Assembly: GCA_964016885.1 (NCBI GenBank)
Contig: OZ024740.1
Span: 87,668,001 to 87,732,000, forward strand
DNA length: 64,000 bases
From: Eledone cirrhosa
Taxonomy: Eukaryota
Direction of reading: 5' to 3'
The notes beneath the pieces are model-generated. The model did not search any database, had not been told where the DNA came from, and was given only the letters and a program-made list of their open reading frames with translations. Of the stretch, positions 53,201 to 64,000 are shown piece after piece. Position numbers and translations under genes: made by a program. How positions within the stretch are numbered: the first letter of the stretch is position 1; each line of letters opens with the position of its first letter.

Positions 53201-54100
53201 TTTCCGATTCCGAGCGGCACATCACGCCCCCTCCCTCACTGCTCCACACTGCCCCTCTGTTGCTTCTACGAAATTCGATCCGAATTTTTCTTTCGACGTC
53301 GGAACATAGTAGCAAGAAAACTACATAAAATCCACCGCGTTGAGATGAGGGACAGAGAGTAAGTGAGAGAGAGAGAGAAAGAAAGAGGTGGGGGAGGAAG
53401 AGATGGGAGGGAATCCGTCCGCTGTGATGTTAAAACGCGTGCGTGCGTGGCTCTAGTAAAAATGAATATAACAACTGTAAGTCTATGGAGAAAGAAGCGC
53501 GGACGTCCTCTAACACTCCGCTATAACACTAGCATGGCGATGGCGGAGATAGGGTGATACTTTGAGTTAGAGAAGGAGTAACGGATCTATAATAGGCGTA
53601 AACAGAGAGAGAGTGAATGTGAGAGAGAAAAGAGAGAGATTTGGGGGTGGGGGTGATGAAGGGTGATTGACGAATATGGTGAGAGAAAAGAAGAGCGTCG
53701 TGTAGTCTAGTAAAGTGAGGAGGCAATGAAGGGGAGGAGACCCAAAAATGGGGGATGGGGAAGAGAAAAAAAAAGAAGATAGGTAGGTAATGTAGCGTTA
53801 TAGATTGAGGATTGATTGGCAGAGAAGTGAGAGCTTGAATAGTTGTCTTAGTAGTAGAAGACATAAGACAAAGAGAGAGAGAGAGAGTAAGTGAGAGAGA
53901 AGAAGCAAGAACTAGCAGTCGGAATTAGAAAGATAGGAGGGAAAGTATGAGGATGGAAAGACAGAGAGAGAGGATGAGGGAGATGACTAGCCACATGTGC
54001 TTCACAGAACGGTTTTGTTAGCGTAGTAGCGTAGGCAGCGAATATGTACGTAGTCTTTTAAACTGCGAAGACGACGAAAGTCTTTCTTCTTCTTCTTTCT
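53200..54100. promoter_or_regulatory. CpG-rich, TE-free promoter-like region (possibly bidirectional)
   Basis: Highest CpG density in the window; CACGCCCC GC-box (53223), CGACGTCG (53294), ACGCGTGCGTGCG, YY1-like ATGGCGATGGCGG (53535); flanked by GA-rich tracts and by splice donors on both strands. Confidence 0.6.
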
Positions 54101-54258
54101 TCTTCATCTTCTTCTTCTTCTACCATATAGAGTAACTAAAGTATGCTGATGATAATGAATCCGAGGAAGAATGAAAGCGAGGGAGTGATGAAGAAGAGAA
54201 AGAAAAAGAAAACGAGAGAGAATGGGCAGGTGGAAGACAGGATGAGATAGAAAGAAAC

Positions 54259-54307
<49 letters not shown>

Positions 54308-54339
54308 CAGTAATTTTGGAAAGCTGAGCAGTGAAAACT

Positions 54340-54376
54340 ATGATAGTCGCAGACTGGAATGTATTCTTACAAAAAG
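54340..54376 (+). other. Possible plus-strand first coding segment
   Basis: aaaactATG ATA GTC GCA GAC TGG AAT GTA TTC TTA CAA AAA G|GTAACA. Confidence 0.2.
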
Positions 54377-54825
54377 GTAACAACTAGCAAAAAGCATCAC
54401 TTTGTCTGGTGTTGAAATTAATCGTGGTCTATAATTGATGCTGGGAGAATATAAAAACAGCAACAAACAAAAAATATATATAAGTAAAAAAATGTCAAAA
54501 CAGCAGAACAAAAAAAAAAGCAAAAGGAAAAAAAAAAAAGAAAGGAAAATGTAAAGAAAAGAGAATTGTTAACAATAATTTGACACTATTTGGTTCCAAG
54601 TCACCGACAACTTTATTTACGAGCCTTATATAAAAAAAATATGTTCACATAAATTCTTCGGTTTGTGAAGGAATATCGTCTTTTTGTAGTTGTTGATTGT
54701 ACATTTTCCCCCCATCTCTGTCATATATATACATACATACATAAATTCGTACATACATACATACATACATATATAAAAAGATATACATACATATATTGGT
54801 AAACCCCAATATAACTACATATATA

Positions 54826-54903
54826 CAGGGTGTCCCCCCAAAAATGTATACATACTTCAACAGCATTCTAATAAAAGTGTGTATACATTTTTTTGACACC
54901 CTG
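54826..54903. mobile_element. Miniature Tc1-like MITE (78 bp)
   Basis: TA|CAGGGTGTC..AAAAATGTATACA ... TGTATACATTTTT..GACACCCTG|TA. Confidence 0.85.
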
Positions 54904-55208
54904 TATATATGTATACATATATATGCATTCAATTGTATATTTTATATAATTTATCTGAGAACTCTTTTAGTGTTTGACTTTACTGTTAGATTATTCGGTT
55001 CTTTGTTTATATACTTAGGTACACACATACATGTATATAATCACTCGCACACGCACAAACACACACACACACAAATATATATATATTCATATAAAGAATC
55101 TTGCTAAACAAATTCAGAAACGACATGTATATGTATTTTGCTCTGTATTCTTTCATGAGCTTTTTCGCATTCGGTATGAACGAGTGTCAAACCCACACTT
55201 ACTCTTAC

Positions 55209-55282
<74 letters not shown>

Positions 55283-57334
55283 GCATAAGCGAACACATAC
55301 TTATATCCATACTGGAATACTTATATGCATATATATATACATACTTATGTAAATACATGTTTACATACATATGTGCATACATACATACTTATATAAATGC
55401 ATGATTACATATATACGTGCATACATACATACATACATACATACATACATTGAATGTTTACAGTTAGAAAATGGGAAAGACTAGAAAACAATAAAGTACT
55501 CAATACATTGTGTACTTCATTGGTATGTATGTATGTATGTATGTATGTATGTATGTATGTATGTATGTATGCATACAAGTGTGTAAAATTGTAATTTAAC
55601 GAGAGATATCAGACTACCAATCATTTCATTTTTCAGGTTTCTCTCTCTCGCTCCCCCCCCCTTTCTATATATATATACATATATAAACATATATATATAT
55701 ATATATAAACATATATATACATACATATATTCTATATAAATATGTATATAAGTGCTTTAACTGACAAACCGTCTGTAACTATAGTTACACATATCTACCG
55801 TATACATACATACACACACACACACGGACATATATATTATATAATATATATGTGTGCTTGTATATATATTTATGTGTAATTTACAAATGATTCTTTTTAT
55901 TTTAACTCTCATTCCTTCTTTATATCTAAATTTACTACATGAAGACAGACACAAGTATGCATGCATATGTGCATACACGCATGCATATATATATATGCAT
56001 ATATATGCTAGGATGAAACGATCGTAAGTGATTAAATGTTTTAAACACTCTTTGATTGTCTTGTATATATCTATAATGGATGTGTTTTATGAATAATCAA
56101 AAATAAATATTGCAATACATATACATACATATATATATACATACATATATATATATTGGACATATACGAATAATGTCTAACAGAAAGTAAAATGAAGAAT
56201 AAAATAACTACCAAAGTACCAGTAATTATTGTTGGGAACCACAATAAGATCTTTCTACATTATGCTAGTATCAAGTTATAGTATTGCATACAATAGTGCC
56301 ACAGACACACACACAGACACACATATGCACACAGACTCACACACACTTAAATAGGTACAGAGACACATACATATAGTTACTGGAGTGTATTCGATTGCGC
56401 CCATGCTGGAGGGCCATACTGAAGAAATTCAGTCAATCATATCGACCCCAGTACATATGGTTTTCAAATCTGATCACGTATGGATCACTTTTCGTTGGTA
56501 CGCTAAGTTACAGAACATAAACAAACAGCAAGCGTAAATGGACACACACACACACATATACACTCACATATATTTAGACACCCACACATATATGTATATA
56601 TATGCATATATATACATATATGTGTGTACATATACATATATGTGTGTGTATATATACATATATGTGTGTGTGTGTGAGTCCCGGGTTGAATCGGGGGTAA
56701 CCACAGTAAGTAGGGTACTCAATATATTTGTAGAGTATATACAACATTTTGTTGTGTGTATATATATATATATATTACAGTTCAGAAACCATTATTGTAT
56801 AGACAAGTATATATATATATATATATAATATATATATATATACAATAATTGTTTCTACTTTTGGCGCAAGGCCAGCAATTAATCCAGTGTATTACTGGTA
56901 CTTTATTTTATCGACCCCCTCCATTTACCAAATTTCTCTCACAAAGCCTAGGTCAATCTGAAGCAATAGTAGAAGACACTTGCCTACGATGCTATGCAGC
57001 TTGACTGAACCCTAAACCACATGTTTGCAAAGAGAACACCTTAACCCCGAGTATGTCTCAACTTTTATACATACAGTGTCCATAATCGGACTTTATGTAT
57101 ATATATATGTATATATATGAGAAGTTATGGCACCGACACTGTTTATGTTTATGGCGAAACATTCTCTTCTTTGACATTGTCCAGGTGTTTTATAGTTATA
57201 AAGGTGGGTCTGTGTATTTTAATTTACCTTTTTAATTATTATGTTTTTTCCACACTTTATGTTGTTCACTTTAATGGTTTTCCACCTCTCGCAATTGAAA
57301 ACACCCTTTTTATGTTTTCTTCTCTATCATCATT

Positions 57335-57722
<388 letters not shown>

Positions 57723-57749
57723 GCATACATACATATATGTACATATATA

Positions 57750-58115
57750 TATCATCATCATCATCATTGTTTAACGTCCATCTTCCACGCTTGCATGGGT
57801 TTGGACGGGAGTTTTCCCACTTAAGGGAAGATTGGTTGTCTTGCTCGTGACTGTCTGGCGGGTTTTCTACGGCTGGATGCCCTTCCTAACACCAACCACG
57901 TTTACAGTGTGGGCTGGGAGGTTTTTACCGTGTTACCCACACGGCCACATTACATCGTGGACTGTGTTTTTTTTTTTTTCGTGACACCTACACGACCTCA
58001 TTTATTTCGGGCTGGATGTTGTGGTACCAACATAACATTACATCTAAAGGGGTGGGACGGGGGTGTATTTTTGTTAGAGGTGCCTACTGACTGTAGGTTT
58101 CGCTTTGTACTTAGG

Positions 58116-58116
<1 letters not shown>
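57750..58116 (-). mobile_element. RTE LINE 3' UTR copy
   Basis: Reverse complement of 8143-8535, with (TA)n at the truncation point. Confidence 0.9.
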
Positions 58117-58187
<71 letters not shown>

Positions 58188-58677
58188 ATGTATATATACA
58201 TAGCCTTAATATTGAAACTCAACTTCGGTATTGAGGACCCTTCTACCCCAACTGTCAACCACATACCGATATATATTTATATACATATAAAGTTCCTGGT
58301 GTGCGTACACACACATACAAATAATAACAAAACCAGTGAATATTAACAAATTGAATACTTAATGCTTATAAGTAAAGTACAGAGAAAAAGTGTAATACAT
58401 ACAAGTGCAAAGAAATAAAATGGTGTTTATGTAATATGTAAGTGTAGGTATGAATGTCTACATGTATTTATGAACATATGTATGATTATATATGTATGTA
58501 TAGGTATGTATTTATGAACATATGTATGACTATATATATATATATATATTTGTATATATGTATGTATAGGTATGTATGTATTATGTCATATAGTCCAGGA
58601 ATATTGTAGTGTCTATTCAGACCAGATTGATTTATGTCAAAGAATTTATATTTCTATCTTTGACAAAATGTAGTGTA

Positions 58678-59222
<545 letters not shown>

Positions 59223-59264
59223 ATTACGTCCGCTCTTCCCTGCAAGTATATATATATATATAAA

Positions 59265-59445
59265 ACGAAGGAGGTGTGGTAAGGAACCAGATGGACCATA
59301 ACGCACCAGAGTACTCAATACTTAGGTCGAAACGGCTTGAGATCTGCCGTTGGGGTTAAACTTTTTCCTATTACCCACTCTACTACGCTAAATATTGAGT
59401 ACTCTGGTGCGTTATGGTCCATCTGGTTCCTTACCACACCTTCGT
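59265..59445. mobile_element. Inverted pair of Penelope pLTR-like fragments
   Basis: Perfect 49 bp arms 59272-59320 / 59393-59441; spacer contains tCGAAACg (3' half of a hammerhead core); (TA)n on both sides. Confidence 0.75.
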
Positions 59446-59852
59446 CATATATATATATGTGCGTGTGTGTGTTTGTCTATATATGTCTTCTCAGTATATT
59501 TTCTGATCTCCTCCAAAATCTTCATTTAGAAAACAATTCAACAGCGTCTGTTTCATTCAATTTTATAGTTTTCTATCTTCAGCTAACTCCCGTTTATTTT
59601 TACATATTTTTTTTCTCTCGCCCCGAAGGAATTCATTTCAACAAGGGAGATATTTATTAATTTATCTCCTTTTAATCTAATAAATGCTTTCCTCTCTCAC
59701 AAATACGCACACACATACACACACACTCTCTCGATACGTCAATTTGCTGAGTGGCAGCAGTTCCTGTCTGTCTCTCTTTGTGTTAGTATTGACCCAAAAT
59801 GAATTATTGTTAGTACACGCACACGCATTCACACACACGCACACATTTATAT

Positions 59853-59944
59853 ATGATGAGCTTTTGATTTCAATGTCAGGCCCGATCGATAGAGATCGAA
59901 CCTTGAGCTGATCAATTCCGAAACGCGCGTCACACCTGAATAAA
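59853..59944 (+). ncRNA. 5'-clipped type I hammerhead ribozyme with long stem II (Penelope-associated)
   Basis: aTGATGA-G[..TTGATT..TCAGG..CGATC-gataga-GATCG..CCTTGA..GATCAA..]C-GAAAC-GCGC-GTC-acacctg-AATAAA. Confidence 0.65.
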
Positions 59945-61559
59945 CTTTTTGAAAATTTGACACCTCATCCATACTTATTATTGATAATATATATATATAT
60001 ATATATTATAATTATAAAATAACAGGAGGCTGGACTGGTCTAATTCCTAAAAGGTTTATTATACTATGAACATTTCAATGACCGGGTTCCGTATGAATCC
60101 GGTGACATCATCAGGTATTCGAAATTTAACAAAGAAATATAATCCATGGGGCTGAAAAGGCAGAGAGACAAGAATGCGACCACACATTTAGCAGTTTCTA
60201 GTTCGGTCGGCTGCCTTCAAGTATATATATATGGAAAAGCGGACGGCATATATATACATACCAGTGATTTTGAAACTGATTTTGCTTGCGGAAACCTTAC
60301 GAAAAGTTCGCGGAGTCCATATCTATATTTTACGGGCAATCTACTTTTAATTGGACTTCAGTCTTCCGCGACAAACCTCTCTAAACCATACGTTCTCTTG
60401 CTGCTCTTTCGCACCCATTCCAGCTGATATTGACGTCCTTATCTCTTGCAGTGCTCGTGACTTTAAATATTACATTCAATAAATTTATCAAATTTGATTA
60501 AACCACACATTATTTGGCGCTTATCCTGTTTTTTTTTTCTTTCTTTCAGAACTCACATTTGGGAAACACTGGTATATATAATATATGAGGCAGAATGGTT
60601 AAGAAGTTTACGTTGCAATGATTAGGTCCCAACTTTGATCATGCTGCATGGTATCTCGGGCAAATGTCATTTAGTTTCAGGTCCATCGACACCTGGTGAA
60701 TGAAATTGTGTAGACGGAAACTGGAAACCCGTCGGATGGACTACACCTGTAATTCAAAACGCCGATTTTGTCACATACTGTGTTGCTGAATCTAACTGAG
60801 AATTACGCTAAGAATACACGTCTTTGTGTAATGTTCATCCAATTAGACGACTCTGTAATTTAAATAGCCAGTCATGTCACGCTGAATCTCCTCGAGAATT
60901 ACTAGAGTACGCGTTAATTTCGTGAGCCGGCTGTTTCTTTGATCGTACAACTGGAATGCTCATCGACTTAATTGACGGAGGTCCCTTCCAATAATGATCT
61001 AATCGTCTAGTTATTTCACTTTCAAATTAAAACTGTCTATAATAAACTCACCAACTATTTTTAGTCATTTTAGGTAGGTGATTATAGGTTTAGTTTTGTG
61101 GTCAGTCACACATTGGGCAGGCTTACAATCAAAGTCATTCCAACTGTTATGTGTCAATTTTTTCTCAAACCTAAGCACATCAAACGGTGTTATCAAATCT
61201 ATAGTTCCTTTTACTTTTTGCAAAACTATTTGGTTGACGTTGATGTTAGCTCAATGGCAATCGCGATCAAGGAAACCTATGATAAAATGTGTTACAGACT
61301 TGATCACAGTCGCGTAATCAACAGTCATATCTCCTTTTTAAATAGTAGTGTATGATGTAAAGGACACTTAGCTGTTATTCTAGTAAACGAGTGACTCAAT
61401 GGAGAAACCGTCGTTCTCTCGCACTTTCAGTTATTGTTTTAACACCAGTTCTGTTCAGCCCTGATTGAACAGAATTAACCATTAAGCTATATAAACACAC
61501 ACCTAGGACATTAGGAGAAGAGCAGCACCATAATCTTTTAAGTACTTAAAGCACTCTGA

Positions 61560-61815
61560 AGTCTGTCGCGAGCCGAGAGGCTCACCAGGTAGGTCCTTAT
61601 CTCGGTTTCCGTGGCGAGAAGCAACTGAGAGTACAGGACTACCCTTGATGCCAGTCCATCGTAGAATTAAACCCTATTCTATTACTGGTACTCATTTTTA
61701 GCTAAATATACTGAAGCAACGTGAAATGAAGTGTTTTGCTCAAGAACTTAACACAAAACTCAGTCCATGATCGAACACACTACATTAAGATCGTAAGTCC
61801 AACACACCACTAGGC
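61560..61815 (-). mobile_element. CORE-type tRNA SINE (different 3' part)
   Basis: ctggtactcatttt..ctgaagcaacgtgaaatgaagtgttttgctcaagaac..atcgaac..caacac, reverse complement of a tRNA head plus core. Confidence 0.65.
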
Positions 61816-62156
61816 TAAGCCCCTATACTCTTTCATATACGTCTCAGTATTTAAACTAAAGAGTAATGTAGAAGGTACGTTACACGACGGCTGCTGCCTG
61901 ATGGTGTCCATCGTCCCCATACCAGTAATAGGTGCAGGCCGGTTGTTTTACATTAACATGACTTAATCTGTTCCTGATGTAGCCATCACATTTTTTTGTC
62001 AGATGCAAGTGTATCTCTGACCATATTATACAATTTGTACTTTATTTTTTATACATTGCAATTAAACTAGACTGAACTGTTATATTCAGCATGTAGAGCA
62101 ACCGCCTTAATGCTCTACCGTTGCCTCACATCTAATTCTCCTTTTCCACAAATATA

Positions 62157-62240
62157 TGAGGGTCGACTGAAAAGTTCATAAGCTGTCTATGAAGAAGTGA
62201 TACTAGAGGTATGAAATATTACATGCATAAATATCAGCCC

Positions 62241-62273
<33 letters not shown>

Positions 62274-62418
62274 GTTTAACGTCTATCTTCCACGGTAGTA
62301 TGGGTTTTAATAACCGCATTCTTTCTTTCTTTCCAGGGACTATGTTGAAAAATAAGCCTCATTTAGTTATTCCTTGAGAGTATTTTGGTTAGCCTATGAA
62401 CTTTTCATTCGACCCTCA
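62157..62418. mobile_element. Tc1/mariner-type MITE interrupted by an RTE-tail fragment
   Basis: ta|tgagggtcgactgaaaagttcata ... tatgaacttttcattcgaccctca|ta; (CAT)n-gtttaacgtctatcttccacg insert at ~62243-62305. Confidence 0.9.
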
Positions 62419-62504
62419 TATATTTGTCTATATTTAATGTCCTTTCTATTATTTTGCTATAGATGAAACCTGTATATTTACATGTATTTCTTTTTTTCCC
62501 GCAG

Positions 62505-62623
62505 ACATAACCGGAATCAATCCATTTACGTCGATGCCACCAGCTCTATCGAAACCAAAGATATCGATCCATTCCAGACGATATAGCCAGCCTGCCAGAG
62601 TACCCATCAAATCCCTACACTGA
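62505..62623 (+). other. Candidate plus-strand exon
   Basis: Strong acceptor atttctttttttcccgcag|; unique, higher-GC sequence; phase-1 frame ITGINPFTSMPPALSKPKISIHSRRYSQPARVPIKSLH*. Confidence 0.3.
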
Positions 62624-62828
62624 TCCCATCACCTACAGAGTACAGACACACACTCATATATCACTATCATCATCCTCTTCATCGTCATAATCATCACCAT
62701 TTTACATCTGTTTTTTTATGGTAGTATGGGTTGGACGGGCTGTCAGTGTGACCACACCTTGCTCATCGTTTCATTCTAATATGGTTATTACGGCTGAGAA
62801 AAAGCACGTGTGTGTGCTTATGTATTTC

Positions 62829-62861
<33 letters not shown>

Positions 62862-62888
62862 ATTTATATGTATATATATGTATATACA

Positions 62889-62926
<38 letters not shown>

Positions 62927-62927
62927 G

Positions 62928-63044
62928 ACGTCCAGAGATCAGCCGTCGGGGTCCTGACTCTTTTCCTATTATCCACTCTACAACCCTAAGTATCGAGTAT
63001 TCTGATGCATTATGGTCCACCTGGTATCTTACCACACCTTCTTT

Positions 63045-63138
<94 letters not shown>

Positions 63139-63259
63139 TAACAAAGAATGTGTGGTAAGATACCAGGTGGACCATAATGCATCAGAATACTCGATACTTA
63201 GGGTAGTAGAGTGGATAATAGGAAAAGAGTCAGGACCCCGACGGCTGATCTCTGGACGT
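62928..63259. repeat. ~330 bp near-perfect palindrome of pLTR-like arms around (TC)n(TA)n(GA)n
   Basis: Arms 62928-63048 and 63139-63259 are reverse complements with two mismatches seen; the centre is itself palindromic. Confidence 0.95.
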
Positions 63260-64000
63260 TTCGACAGCTAGATCCGACAAATATAGGAATAAACTAATAC
63301 AACAAACCTAAACTTCCCAAGAAACAACACACAAAATACAATTATCTGATTACAAAACAACGTATACATATTTAAAAAAAACAAAGGTTTACGACAACAA
63401 AACTCATCCACAAAAAATACTAATATCCAATGAACAAAACATAGAATTACAGCAAACTTAAATAACCCAACACACACCATAAAAGTATAGATAATCAGTT
63501 ACAAAAAAGTAACGATTTATAAAAAAAAAAAAAAAAGAACCAAAAAACAACAAAAAAATAACGTCCACCCTCAAAATACTGGACGTCAAATCAAGAAAAC
63601 CCTGTAAGTCATAAGGTTAACCTTTAATTATAATTTAAGGGTTAACCTTAAATCGATGTCAGAAAGCAATACTACTTCTCCCTCACCCCACTCCGGTAAA
63701 TACGATAACTTAATAAAATTAAAATTTCGTTCCTGTATTAAATTGCTGTTACCAGATACATTAGTATTGTATACTATGAAGTGCAATAAATACTTAAACA
63801 TATTAAAAAACCAGACTAATAAACACACAATCATCACACTCAATAGATATTACCCATATAATGCCATACAAAACTAATTCAATAAACCTACTATCCATAA
63901 AGTAAATGAGAAATTAATATTTAAAATTAACCAAAACCTAAATTGATCATTCCATAAATTAGTAAAGAAAGCAAATTAAACCAAAAAGTGATGATGTTAT

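Overview
AT-rich, microsatellite-dense animal DNA. The repeat vocabulary points to an octopus/coleoid cephalopod genome (inference): RTE LINEs and SINEs with (CAT/GAT)n tails, Meta-type and CORE-type tRNA SINEs, Penelope remnants, a C2H2-ZNF relic and long (TA)n tracts. No intact, recognisable protein-coding gene is present; nearly all listed ORFs are transposon debris or translated microsatellites. The best structural reading is a CpG-rich promoter at ~53.2-54.1 kb driving a large minus-strand gene. Its 5' exons have donors at 52881/52634/52559, an exon at 47133-46992 and possibly one at 30708-30653, followed by a >45 kb CpG-depleted, TE-filled intron. A divergent plus-strand transcript is possible. 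Most interesting observations: (1) an RTE LINE whose reverse transcriptase carries an in-frame C4HC3 PHD finger; (2) scattered hammerhead-ribozyme relics and inverted Penelope-type terminal repeats, including a ~330 bp near-perfect palindrome; (3) a spliced minus-strand reading frame interrupted by a single UAG, a candidate uORF or A-to-I editing-dependent ORF; (4) several pre-miRNA-like hairpins in repeat-free intronic blocks. All analysis was by eye; nothing was computed or database-searched.
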